Shown piece by piece: positions 1 through 9,255 of a stretch of DNA of 64,000 nucleotides. Within the stretch, counting starts at the first letter, position 1; each line of letters starts with the position of its first letter. The stretch covers positions 635,004 to 699,003 of the forward strand of contig CAVRSA010000009.1 in assembly GCA_963723725.1 (NCBI GenBank), in the 5' to 3' direction. Below the pieces are notes generated by a model. It ran no database searches, was not told the origin of the DNA, and worked only from the letters and a program-made list of their open reading frames with translations. This DNA comes from Candidatus Acidiferrales bacterium (GTDB lineage: Bacteria > Acidobacteriota > Terriglobia > Acidiferrales > UBA7541). The translations under genes and the position numbers were made by a program.

Positions 1-876
1 GACCAGGAACGCAGCGCGCACGGCGGCCAGCTTCGAATCGAGATCATCCATGTAATGGAACGCAAGAGCTTCGCGAATCATCGGTAGTTTCGGGGAACCG
101 AATTCGTATTGGCCATGATGACTGATGAGCATGTGCTGAACCACGGTTTTGAGTTTGGCAGGAAAGCCGACGATAGAATTCATGACGTTCGTTACGGTTT
201 CGAACTCGATCATGATGTGGCCGAGAAGCTGGCCTTCGGTCGTGTAGCCCACGGCCCGCTCGAAGCACAGTTCTTCGAGCTTTCCCACATCATGAAGCAT
301 AGCTGCCATGAGCAGCAAATCTACGTCGAGCTCGGTGTAATGAGCCGCGATCTGCTTGGCCAGACCGCACAAGCCGACGACGTGCTCAAGCAGTCCTCCG
401 ATATAGGCGTGATGCATGACTTTGGCGGCCGGGGCACGCTTGAAATTCTTGGCTATCGTTGGATCAGAGAAAACTTGCAGGACGAGCGTTTTTAGCCAGG
501 GATTCTTGATCTCTTCGCCATAAGCGAGGAGTTGTTTGTACATTTCTTCCACATTGTAGGGCGTGTGCGGCAGGAAATCGCTGATATCGATCTCCTCGGG
601 CCTGGCAAGACGCATCTGCTGCAGGACAAGCTGCATCTTGTTACGATAGTTTTCAACCCGGGCGCTGACTTTTATAAAATCATCGCGCTTGATGTCTTTT
701 GAAGGGATTTCAAACGAATCCCACATGCGAGCCTCGACCGTTCCGCTTCTGTCTCCCAGCTCCATTCTGAGATAGGCTTTTCCTGCGGCAGTATTGCGCA
801 CTTCCTTCTCGTGAACCAGGAAAAAGGCGGCTACTGACTGATCGGCAACGAGATCCTTTACGAACGGCGACTTCAT
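1..876 (-). CDS. OB-fold + HD-domain phosphohydrolase, YhaM-family 3'-5' exoribonuclease-like (C-terminus runs off the window start)
   Basis: Absent from the ORF track because it is open to the window edge. My own minus-strand translation from ATG 876-874 gives MKSPFVKDLVADQSVAAFFLVHEKEVRNTAAGKAYLRMELGDRSGTVEARMWD... (OB-fold-like). It continues with HD-type motifs ...LLLMAAMLHDVGK... and ...MLISHHGQYEFGSP.... The start overlaps the upstream stop (ATGA). The + ORF 109..495 is its antisense shadow. Confidence 0.75.
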   Translation of the reverse strand, partial: MKSPFVKDLVADQSVAAFFLVHEKEVRNTAAGKAYLRMELGDRSGTVEARMWDSFEIPSKDIKRDDFIKVSARVENYRNKMQLVLQQMRLARPEEIDISDFLPHTPYNVEEMYKQLLAYGEEIKNPWLKTLVLQVFSDPTIAKNFKRAPAAKVMHHAYIGGLLEHVVGLCGLAKQIAAHYTELDVDLLLMAAMLHDVGKLEELCFERAVGYTTEGQLLGHIMIEFETVTNVMNSIVGFPAKLKTVVQHMLISHHGQYEFGSPKLPMIREALAFHYMDDLDSKLAAVRAAFLV

Positions 877-2180
877 GTGCCGGAACCACCCGTTGGCTTA
901 CCAAACAAATAATATTTCTTGTGCGGCTTCTTGTTCTTTCCTTCTTCTGGTGTCGCGCTGACCTCTTCAATTTCCGAATTACCGCCGCCCGCCATGTCCT
1001 GATAGCCGGGTTTAATGATGACGTAGCTCTGTTCCCTGAGCGTCTTCAGGTACTCCCGCACAGCCGGTTCGATTCGCTCACTGTAGAGTTTGTCCTGAAT
1101 CTCAGATTGAACGACCTCATACGGCTGTTCGCCTTCCGTGTAATGTTCGAGTACCTGCAAGATCAGAAAGCCCTGCTTGGTTTCGATGACCGGAGTGATC
1201 TGCTTCTTCTTCATGACGAAGACCTGGTCTTCGAGCTCCTTTGAAAGCTCTCCGCGTTTGTAGGTCCCCAGATATCCACCCTGCTGTGCGGTGGCACCAT
1301 CGGACCGGCGCTTGGCCAACTCAGCGAACTCTTCGCCATCCTGCAGTTTTTTCTCGATCTCGTCGGCTTTCTTCTTGATATCGGCAACCTCTGCAGGAGT
1401 CTTGCCTTCTGTCTTCAGTTCGATGGCAGCCAGTGCAACCTGCTCGGGGCGCACGAATTCGGATTTGTGCTGCTCGTAGTATTTTTTGCAATCTTCTGCA
1501 GTGATCGTGATGTGCGAGCCAACCTCCCGCCCTACTACGAGTTGTGTGAGAGCGCGATTGCGGATGTTGTTCTTGAAATCATCCCAGTTGATGCCTTGCG
1601 CAGTAACGGCCTTTTCCAACTCATCCATATCCGCCAATTTATTCTGGATACGGATCTGGTCTAGCTGCTTGACGACGTCGGCCTCAACACTGACGCCCAT
1701 GTCCTTGCCACGCTGGGCGAGCAGAGAGTTATCGATCAGGCCGCGAAGCGCGTACTTTTGCGCGTCCTCGACCGCCACTTGCAGCTGTTCCGGGGTGCAG
1801 CGATTGGCACATTCCTGGCGCGCTTCATCTTCGGCACTCGCGCGGGCCTTATCCAATTCAGACTTGGTGATGATCTCGTTGTTTACCCGCGCAATGATTT
1901 CTTCGACCGTCTTCCCTTCCCCTGTGTGTACGGGGCCCTTCGCGGCTGGCTTAGCGCTGGCCGGCGGCGGAGCTGTAGGCGTAGGAACGCTTGGCTCCGC
2001 TTCCGAAGGTTTCTCGAGTTGCGGCTTTTCCAGTTGCGGCTGTTGCGGCGCCGGGGCAGCAGGATTTTGTGCAGGAGGGTTTTGTGCAGGGGGATTTTGT
2101 GCAGGAGGGTTCTGTGCAAGCAACGGAGCCGCGAAGAGTAATGCGATTGTCAATGAAGTGTTACGTACTGATTTGTTCAT
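873..2180 (-). CDS. SurA-like periplasmic chaperone / parvulin-type peptidyl-prolyl isomerase
   Basis: ORF 873..2186. The first ATG is at 2180 (MNKSVRNTSLTIALLFAAPLLAQ, signal peptide), 2 nt after the mfd stop. It has a SurA-N-like region plus a PpiC/parvulin segment (...GGYLGTYKRGELSKELEDQVFVMKKKQITPVIETKQGFLILQV...). A low-complexity QNPPA/QLEKP repeat follows the signal peptide. Confidence 0.8.
   Translation of the reverse strand: MNKSVRNTSLTIALLFAAPLLAQNPPAQNPPAQNPPAQNPAAPAPQQPQLEKPQLEKPSEAEPSVPTPTAPPPASAKPAAKGPVHTGEGKTVEEIIARVNNEIITKSELDKARASAEDEARQECANRCTPEQLQVAVEDAQKYALRGLIDNSLLAQRGKDMGVSVEADVVKQLDQIRIQNKLADMDELEKAVTAQGINWDDFKNNIRNRALTQLVVGREVGSHITITAEDCKKYYEQHKSEFVRPEQVALAAIELKTEGKTPAEVADIKKKADEIEKKLQDGEEFAELAKRRSDGATAQQGGYLGTYKRGELSKELEDQVFVMKKKQITPVIETKQGFLILQVLEHYTEGEQPYEVVQSEIQDKLYSERIEPAVREYLKTLREQSYVIIKPGYQDMAGGGNSEIEEVSATPEEGKNKKPHKKYYLFGKPTGGSGT
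2061..2120. repeat. 4 x 15-bp tandem repeat inside the surA-like gene (encodes QNPPA repeats)
   Basis: Units read directly from the sequence: aggattttgtgcagg / agggttttgtgcagg / gggattttgtgcagg / agggttctgtgcaag. Confidence 0.9.
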
Positions 2181-2182
2181 AT

Positions 2183-5100
2183 TCAAAGTTTAGCTTCCCC
2201 TCTAAGACCGAGCAATACGTTTCTCAGTGCTACAGCAACAGGTTCGCTTTTCTGCAGCTCCATCCAGAGGATACCGCTCGGATCGAGGCGGATGCCTTTG
2301 CGCGAACGAACCACTTTAACCAGAACGGCGGGATCAAGCGGCGTTTCCGGGTGAAACCTCACGGCAAGCTTGTTCCCCTGACGTTCGATGGATGCAATGT
2401 GAAGCTGCTCACTCATGGATTTGAGCATGGCGAACTCTAAAAGGTTTTCTACGGTCTTGGGCAGCTTGCCAAATCGATCTTCGAGTTCCCTGCGAACGTC
2501 CTGTTTTTCCTCCTCAGTCGCTACCGTCGAGACCCGCTTGTAAGTTCGGAGCCGGAGATTTTCGCTGGGAATGTACTCCTGGGGAATGCGTACGTCCATG
2601 CCAAGGTTGATCGTGGTGCGCTGATCGGGAGCGGATTCGGTGCCCTTGAGCTTGGCGACGGCACGCTCAAGCATCTGCACGTAAAGATCAAAGCCGATGG
2701 CCTCGATGTGGCCGTGCTGCTGGCGTCCGAGCATGTTACCTGCGCCGCGCAGTTCAAGGTCGAGTGCAGCAATGCGGAAGCCCGCGCCCAGTTCGCTGAA
2801 CTCTTTCATCGCGGCAAGCCGTTTGCGCGCGATTTCGGTGAGAATAGTCTCAGGCGGAACGAGCAGGTACGCATAAGCGCGTTGATGGGAACGGCCAACC
2901 CGGCCGCGCAACTGGTAAAGCTCAGCCAGGCCGAGACGATCCGCACGATTGATCAGGATGGTGTTGGCGTGAGGGATGTCCAGGCCATTTTCGACGATTG
3001 TGGTGGCGACAAGTACGTTCGATTCCCCGCGAATAAACTTTAGCATTACCTTTTCGAGTTCTTTTTCGCCCATCTGGCCATGGCCAACAACGACGCGTGC
3101 GTGCGGAACGAGTTTAACCACGAGGGCGGCGAGCGAGTCGATGGATTCGACACGGTTGTGGATGAAATAGACCTGGCCATCGCGTGACAGTTCGGTTTCG
3201 ATGGCTTTTCGAACTACTTCCTCGTCAAACGCTGTGACAACCGTCTGAATGGCAAGACGGTCGCGCGGAGCGGTTTCAATGACCGACATATCGCGGAGAC
3301 CAACGAGTGACATGTGAAGAGTGCGCGGAATCGGAGTGGCGGAAAGAGCGAGAGCGTGAACGTTCTTCCGCATTTCTTTCAGGCGTTCCTTGTGCGCTAC
3401 ACCAAAGCGCTGTTCTTCGTCGACGATGAGGATGCCGAGGTCCTGGAACTTCACGTCTTTCGAAAGTAGCCGGTGAGTGCCGATCACAATATCAACCTTT
3501 CCTGCCTCCAGATCGGTGAGAACCGTCTTCTGCTCTGCGGAAGTGCGGAATCGGCTGAGCATTTCAATTCTCGTAGGGAATGCCGCGAACCGCTTCTTGA
3601 ACGTCTCAAAGTGCTGAAATGCGAGTACGGTCGTGGGTGTGAGGACCGCAACCTGCTTGCCGTCCGCCACCGCCTTGAAGGCAGCCCGCATGGCGACTTC
3701 AGTCTTGCCGTAACCAACGTCGCCGCAGAGGAGCCGGTCCATCGGAGTCGATTTTTCCAGATCCCGCTTTATGTCTCGGATGGCAGTGAGCTGGTCAGGT
3801 GTTTCTTCAAACTCAAACGCATCCTCAAATTCGCGTTGCCAGTTGCCGTCAGGGGCGAATGCGAATCCTTCCGCCGTCTTGCGTTGGGCATAGAGCAGCA
3901 GAAGCTGGTCAGCCATATCTTCGAGCGACTTGCGGACACGGGCCTTGCGCGAGGTCCATGCCGTGCCCCCCAAACGGTCGAGCTGGGGTTCCGAACCTTC
4001 GACGACGCGGTAGCTTTGGACAAGGTCCATACGTTCAAGCGGAACGTAAAGGCGGGCATCATCAGCGAATCGGAGGAGCATGAATTCGCCACGACGACCG
4101 TCAGATTCGATCAGGCGAAGACCTTCGAACTGCCCGATACCGTGATCGATATGGACGATATAGTCGCCCGGTTTGAGATCGGCAAAGTCGGTAAAGAAAC
4201 CGGACGTACGGATCTTGCGGCTGGCTCGTTCGACTGAAGGAGTGATATCAAACAGATCAGCGTTGCCGAATATCGTGAGCTTGGACTCGGGAAAGGTAAC
4301 GCCCTCGGCGAACGGTGCGCGGACTAGAACGAGCGCCGCTGATTCGGTGGCGGTTTCGGCGGTGAATCCGGTCGCGGCTTCTTCCGTTTCGCCGAGCACA
4401 TAAGGCACCTCGTACTCCCGACAGATGTCGGCGTAGCGCTCGAGCTCACCGAGACTGGCGGCGGTGAGATAGACTTTGCTGCCCGCGGAGAGTTGCGCTT
4501 TCACTCCGGCAAAGCATGCCGCAACGTCGCCGTGGTAACGGGGACTGGGACGTGAGCTCAGTTCGAAGCGTTGATGTCCGACGTCGGTTGAAAGATGCAG
4601 CTGCTCAAGTTCGATGCGGGACGTTTTCACAACGGCACGCTCCCATTCTTCCTGGCTCCAGAAGAAGTGAGAAATCTCGGGGGAGCTCGCTTGGCCATGG
4701 CGTTCGTAATTCTCAGTGGCGACATCGAGGTCTTTCTTGATGGCGTCGCGAAGAGTGGCCGGTTCATCGAGAAAAGCGAGGGGCTTGAGTGAGCTCTCGG
4801 CCAGTTCGAAAAGCGAGGCCGTGCCGGCTGCTTTCGTGCCTGCAACCCAGCCCGTGGATTCCCAGTCACTCGGGCGCCCGGTGCCAGGGACGGGTAGACT
4901 CCATTCGGCAAGTGGAAGAATTGTCGTGCGATTGACCGGAGCAACAGACCGCTGGGTGCGCGGTTCGAATTCCCGAACGCTTTCGACCGTGTCGCCGAGA
5001 AGCTCGATCCGAACAGGTCGTGGGGCTTCGGGAGAAAAAATATCGACGATACCGCCGCGAACGGCAAACTGGCCAGGAAGTTCGACCATTTCGGTGCGGG

Positions 5101-5617
5101 CATATCCGGTGCTACCGAGATGAGCGATCAATTCCTCGTGCGGAAGTTCGGTGTCCTTGGCCAGCGTTTTCGCCAGGGTGAGATAGACATAGGGATCCTG
5201 ATAGCGCCAGAGCGCAGCCGAGACCGGCGCAATGACAAGCGAGACCTCCCCATTCGCAAGGCGATACAGAGTGGCGGCGCGGCGCTCCAGGATGTCAGCG
5301 TGCGGGGCCTGCGTATCCCACGGGAGGCTGTCAAAGGCCGGGAGCACCGCGATCCCTCCCGTGCTGCCGGGGAAAATCTGCGAAAAAAAACGGATCGATT
5401 CTGCAAGCGCTTCCGCACGGCGGTTGGACTCAGTGATGAAGAAGGCGGGACGCCGGAGTTCATGCGTAAGATAGGCAGCGACGAGCGCTTTGGCAACATC
5501 CTGCAGCCCGGAAAGGCCAACGAGAGATCCTCCGACGCGCAGCTCTGCCAGTGCGCTCTCAAGAGAGGGGTGGCGCAGAAGATCCTCTAGTCGTTCACGT
5601 ACCGCGGGCAGAATCAT
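2183..5617 (-). CDS. mfd: Transcription-repair coupling factor Mfd
   Basis: 1144 aa. It has a UvrB-homology N-terminus and a CarD/RNAP-interacting region (...IVHIDHGIGQFEGL...). The SF2 helicase motifs are present (LLCGDVGYGKTEVA, DEEQRFG, SATPIPRT, QLRGRVGRS), as is a TRCF C-terminal domain. Confidence 0.95.
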   Translation of the reverse strand: MILPAVRERLEDLLRHPSLESALAELRVGGSLVGLSGLQDVAKALVAAYLTHELRRPAFFITESNRRAEALAESIRFFSQIFPGSTGGIAVLPAFDSLPWDTQAPHADILERRAATLYRLANGEVSLVIAPVSAALWRYQDPYVYLTLAKTLAKDTELPHEELIAHLGSTGYARTEMVELPGQFAVRGGIVDIFSPEAPRPVRIELLGDTVESVREFEPRTQRSVAPVNRTTILPLAEWSLPVPGTGRPSDWESTGWVAGTKAAGTASLFELAESSLKPLAFLDEPATLRDAIKKDLDVATENYERHGQASSPEISHFFWSQEEWERAVVKTSRIELEQLHLSTDVGHQRFELSSRPSPRYHGDVAACFAGVKAQLSAGSKVYLTAASLGELERYADICREYEVPYVLGETEEAATGFTAETATESAALVLVRAPFAEGVTFPESKLTIFGNADLFDITPSVERASRKIRTSGFFTDFADLKPGDYIVHIDHGIGQFEGLRLIESDGRRGEFMLLRFADDARLYVPLERMDLVQSYRVVEGSEPQLDRLGGTAWTSRKARVRKSLEDMADQLLLLYAQRKTAEGFAFAPDGNWQREFEDAFEFEETPDQLTAIRDIKRDLEKSTPMDRLLCGDVGYGKTEVAMRAAFKAVADGKQVAVLTPTTVLAFQHFETFKKRFAAFPTRIEMLSRFRTSAEQKTVLTDLEAGKVDIVIGTHRLLSKDVKFQDLGILIVDEEQRFGVAHKERLKEMRKNVHALALSATPIPRTLHMSLVGLRDMSVIETAPRDRLAIQTVVTAFDEEVVRKAIETELSRDGQVYFIHNRVESIDSLAALVVKLVPHARVVVGHGQMGEKELEKVMLKFIRGESNVLVATTIVENGLDIPHANTILINRADRLGLAELYQLRGRVGRSHQRAYAYLLVPPETILTEIARKRLAAMKEFSELGAGFRIAALDLELRGAGNMLGRQQHGHIEAIGFDLYVQMLERAVAKLKGTESAPDQRTTINLGMDVRIPQEYIPSENLRLRTYKRVSTVATEEEKQDVRRELEDRFGKLPKTVENLLEFAMLKSMSEQLHIASIERQGNKLAVRFHPETPLDPAVLVKVVRSRKGIRLDPSGILWMELQKSEPVAVALRNVLLGLRGEAKL

Positions 5618-5710
5618 GCGTTGCGTGATCTATTCTATGTGATCCGGCTGGGATTCGACCAATCGACTCGAAGAAGGCTTCTGCGGATTGGCCCTAAAAC
5701 CAGGTTGACT

Positions 5711-6190
5711 CTATTCTGAAAGAGTGCGGATTTTCTTTAGAATATCTGTAGTTGAATAACCGGGCACGACGTCAACACGTACCACACGGCCGCCTGAGGA
5801 CTCAACCTCGGTCCGGCCGACAATCTGATTGTCGGGCCAGTCGCCTCCTTTGACGAGGATGTCCGGAAGGAGTGATGCGATAACTTTTTGTGGGGTGGGG
5901 TCGTTGAAAATGGTGACAGCGTCAATGCATTCAAAGCCGGCGAGAATTTCGGCGCGTTCCTGTTCCGGAATGATGGGTCGAGTAGGGCCTTTTGCGGCAC
6001 GGACGCTCGCATCGCTATTGAGGCCGACGATGAGGATGTCTCCCAGCGCACGGGCGGCTTCAAAAGTCCGTATGTGGCCCGGGTGAAGCAGATCAAAACA
6101 ACCGTTCGTAAAGACCACCTGGCGGCCGTTGCGTTTCTGTTTGGCAAACCGCAGAATCAAATCGTCGAGACTAAGGATCGAATCGTGCAT
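5711..6190 (-). CDS. rfaE2: D-glycero-beta-D-manno-heptose 1-phosphate adenylyltransferase (RfaE domain II-like cytidylyltransferase)
   Basis: 159 aa. The nucleotidyltransferase HxGH motif is in ...[22 protein letters not shown].... Size and fold match a single-domain RfaE/HldE C-terminal half. Confidence 0.8.
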   Translation of the reverse strand: MHDSILSLDDLILRFAKQKRNGRQVVFTNGCFDLLHPGHIRTFEAARALGDILIVGLNSDASVRAAKGPTRPIIPEQERAEILAGFECIDAVTIFNDPTPQKVIASLLPDILVKGGDWPDNQIVGRTEVESSGGRVVRVDVVPGYSTTDILKKIRTLSE

Positions 6191-6320
6191 CTTCGTCGTT
6201 TTTTGAGTTTACCATGGTGCATGCGCCTGGGCTGCGAGTTCAATCCGTGACGGAAGCAGAAATTTGCGGAAAATTTCAGACACTCGAAAGGTAGTCATAG
6301 AAAAGGAAGGAGGTCTCGGA

Positions 6321-7853
6321 TTGGGGAACAGGAGTCCGGCATTAATCGCACTCATAGGAATCGGGTTACTGGCTTCTGGGGCCCTTTTGACAATCGCGGC
6401 CTCAAGGAGATACAGCGAGCAGCGCGTCGTGGCGACGTCCGGTGGCTGCAAGCTCAATACGACCATCGTTCAATTGTCGGGACTTCCGGAAAATTCGCAG
6501 AGCGGGAGTGTGGTGCTCTTCCACGGGTTGACTGCCAACAAAGTGATCATGACGTACTTGGCTCGGGCGTTTGCGGATAAAGGGTTGCGGGTGTACATGC
6601 CGGATTCGCCCGGGCACGGACAGACCGCTGGACCATTTTCGCCGGCGAGGGCCGAGGAGTGCTCGATTTCCTTTGTGCGGGGACTGATGGCTCGCGGAAT
6701 GATCGTGCCGGACCGCACGATTCTGGCAGGACACTCAATGGGCGGGGCGATTGCTCTCCGCGTAGCCGCGAAACTCAGGGTCGCGGGGGTAGTCGCCATT
6801 TCACCGGCACCAATGGCCGTGGCACACGGCGTCTCGCCAGAGCTCTTGTTGTACACCAACCCACCCCCGGTAGCACGAAACAGCTTGCTGCTGGTGGGGG
6901 CACTTGAACCGGCGTGGCTGAAAAACAATGCGGCAGACTTTGCCGCGACGAGTACAGATGGAACGTCGAACTTTGTGCTGGTTCCGGGTAATTCGCATGT
7001 AAGCGTTCTGTTTTCGCCTGAAGTAGCGAGGTTGGCGCAAGAATGGGCTGCGAAGGTGCTGAACTTGCCAGCCACTACCAAAAGTGATTCCCTGCCGTTT
7101 CGCGGCAGTTTACTGGGCGGGTTACTGGGATTGCTTGGAATCTTTGTGCTGGCCGGCCCCTTCATAAAGGAAACGATCGGAGAAAGGTACATTGAGGAAC
7201 CGCCTTCGGCGACAAAACTGTCCCCCGCTCGCGTCGTCGCGGAATTCGCCCTTGTGTCGCTCGGGGTTGTGCTTCTGTTGCACTACTGGGTGCCTTTGCG
7301 TGTACTACATCTGTTTGAAGGGGACTACCTGGCCAGTTTTTTTCTTCTGACTGGCTTGATTTTGATTTCCCTGCATGCCGCTGAGGCGAAACGGAATTTC
7401 CGGACGGCACCGAACTTGCTGTTGGGAGCCGCCGCCGCGGCCTTCATCCTGCATTTACTGGTGACGGGGTGGCTGCAACTGACGATAACCGGAGCCTGGA
7501 TGACGGTTGAACGGTGGACACGATTTCCATTGTTCTTTCTGGCGGCGCTCCTTTTCATGTACGCCCTAGAGTTGGCCTTGGGACCGGCAATCGAGGGTCT
7601 CTGGCGAAGAAGGGTACTTTTTGGACTGGCGTTGATTGTGATTGTGTGGCTTGCCTTGACCGTTGGAATTCTGGCACTGCACAGCGGAGAAATCCTTCTG
7701 GCGCTGATGGTAACTTATTTTTCACTGTTTTTCGTCATGTGCGGCCTAGGTGCTCAATTGGTACGCCGGCAGAGTGGCTCTCCGATGGCCACAGCAGTCT
7801 TCAGTGCTATACTCTTGGCAGGATTTTGCCTGGTCATTTTTCCAGTGTCGTAA
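6321..7853 (+). CDS. Alpha/beta-fold hydrolase fused to a C-terminal polytopic membrane domain
   Basis: ORF 6264..7853. I prefer the TTG at 6321 because GGAAGGAGG lies 7 nt upstream. There is one N-terminal TM, a nucleophile elbow GHSMGG, and an HG-type segment VVLFHGL. The last ~240 aa are about 7 hydrophobic helices. The start codon is uncertain. Confidence 0.65.
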   Translation: MGNRSPALIALIGIGLLASGALLTIAASRRYSEQRVVATSGGCKLNTTIVQLSGLPENSQSGSVVLFHGLTANKVIMTYLARAFADKGLRVYMPDSPGHGQTAGPFSPARAEECSISFVRGLMARGMIVPDRTILAGHSMGGAIALRVAAKLRVAGVVAISPAPMAVAHGVSPELLLYTNPPPVARNSLLLVGALEPAWLKNNAADFAATSTDGTSNFVLVPGNSHVSVLFSPEVARLAQEWAAKVLNLPATTKSDSLPFRGSLLGGLLGLLGIFVLAGPFIKETIGERYIEEPPSATKLSPARVVAEFALVSLGVVLLLHYWVPLRVLHLFEGDYLASFFLLTGLILISLHAAEAKRNFRTAPNLLLGAAAAAFILHLLVTGWLQLTITGAWMTVERWTRFPLFFLAALLFMYALELALGPAIEGLWRRRVLFGLALIVIVWLALTVGILALHSGEILLALMVTYFSLFFVMCGLGAQLVRRQSGSPMATAVFSAILLAGFCLVIFPVS

Positions 7854-7927
7854 GGTTGGAAACCAGTGTAGGTCTCCTTATTCACCCGCGCCGGAGACTA
7901 GAAGCAAACTAAAAATGGGTAGCCACG

Positions 7928-9109
7928 ATGTCTGAGATAGCGATTGTTGGCGGTGGGCCTTCCGGTGCGATGTGCGGCGAACAGCTGGCACTCGCCGGGA
8001 ACACAGTCCACATTTATGACGAACATCTGGCGTGGGAAAAACCATGCGGCGGCGGACTCACTTACAAGGCAACGCAACGCTTCCCTTTCCTGCTGAATAA
8101 CGACCACCCGAAAAAACTGATCCGCGACGTCGAGATCATCAGCGCGGAAAATCAGCGTGTAAAACTGGATCTGCAACATCCCATCGTCATTTATTCACGA
8201 ACGGTACTAAATGGAATGCTACTTGATCGGGCTCGCGATGCGGGATGCCACATCCATCATTCGCGCGTGCAAAAGGTAGACACAGAACTCGATAAGCCCG
8301 GCTACGTGGTGGATGGTGAGTGGAGGTCCGCTGACTTTGTGGTACTGGCGGCAGGAGCGCGGAACCAGTACTTGCCAGGAATTCGGGCTTTGTCAAAGGA
8401 CGAACTGGAAATTACTCAGGGATATTTCGTACCGCAGACCGCAGAGCAGATTATTATTAAATTTCTCCCTGAATTTGAAGGGTACATCTGGTCGTTCCCG
8501 CGCGCTGATCATCTGTCTCTGGGTATTTGCGGCAGCATGGCGTCCCACACCAGTGCGGAATTGAAGACCCACTTACATGCGTTCGCCGCGAACGAGAAAA
8601 TGTCCACCGAAAACGCGAAGTTCTATAGTCACGTATTGCCTTCCCCTCAGGAAAGCACACTTTCAAACCGTGCGGTGATAGGACGGAATTGGGCTTTGTG
8701 CGGCGATGCGGCGGCGTGGGTCGATCCGCTGACCGGCGAAGGGCTGTTTTATGCGATGCGCTCGGGCGAGCTTCTGGGACGCGCTTTGGCGGAAGGATGC
8801 CCGGAAACATATCAGGCGCGTGTCCGGGCTTCGTTTTCTGCCGAACTGGAGTTTGCTTCGCGGATCGTGCGGCGCTTCTATCGCGGTTCGTTTCTGGGAT
8901 CGGCGGTAACAACGCGCATGGTTCAATTCCTTCAGCGGAACGCAATGTTCCGGCAATTGATGAGCGACTTGTTCTGCGGGACGCAGGATTACACGACGCT
9001 GAAGCAGCGGGTGCTCGATCATCTCGGTGGAACATTAAGTCAGTTCGTGACCAGCGTTCTGAATTTTGACCGGCCGGCAAAAGTCCCAACGGTACCCGCA
9101 GCTGACTAG
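7928..9109 (+). CDS. FAD-dependent oxidoreductase, geranylgeranyl-reductase family
   Basis: 393 aa. The N-terminal Rossmann motif is IAIVGGGPSGAMCG. A second flavin motif is ...LCGDAAAWVDPLTGEGLFYAM.... Confidence 0.75.
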   Translation: MSEIAIVGGGPSGAMCGEQLALAGNTVHIYDEHLAWEKPCGGGLTYKATQRFPFLLNNDHPKKLIRDVEIISAENQRVKLDLQHPIVIYSRTVLNGMLLDRARDAGCHIHHSRVQKVDTELDKPGYVVDGEWRSADFVVLAAGARNQYLPGIRALSKDELEITQGYFVPQTAEQIIIKFLPEFEGYIWSFPRADHLSLGICGSMASHTSAELKTHLHAFAANEKMSTENAKFYSHVLPSPQESTLSNRAVIGRNWALCGDAAAWVDPLTGEGLFYAMRSGELLGRALAEGCPETYQARVRASFSAELEFASRIVRRFYRGSFLGSAVTTRMVQFLQRNAMFRQLMSDLFCGTQDYTTLKQRVLDHLGGTLSQFVTSVLNFDRPAKVPTVPAAD

Positions 9110-9255
9110 GTTCTACGTCTTAAAAGTCCAACAACAATTCTTTTCAGGAGCGCGGAAGCATTTCCTCGTGTAGCCTACGTGCCAAAGAAGTGTTCGCCGA
9201 ACGGCGACACACGCCCGAAGGCAAACACACCGAGCGAGCGACGGATTGGCCCTGC

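Noticed and set aside
109-495. 128-aa + strand ORF at the window start.
   Set aside because: It is the antisense shadow of the edge-truncated OB-fold/HD-domain gene on the minus strand, which has clear HD motifs.
3473-4237. 254-aa + strand ORF inside mfd. Similar long antisense ORFs are 6470..7192(-), 8457..9089(-), 14746..15537(+), 42378..43082(-), 45636..46142(-) and 51403..52080(-).
   Set aside because: Each lies entirely antisense to a CDS with clear family motifs. Their composition is Arg/Ser/Pro/Ala-rich, typical of shadow frames in GC-rich DNA, and they carry no motifs.
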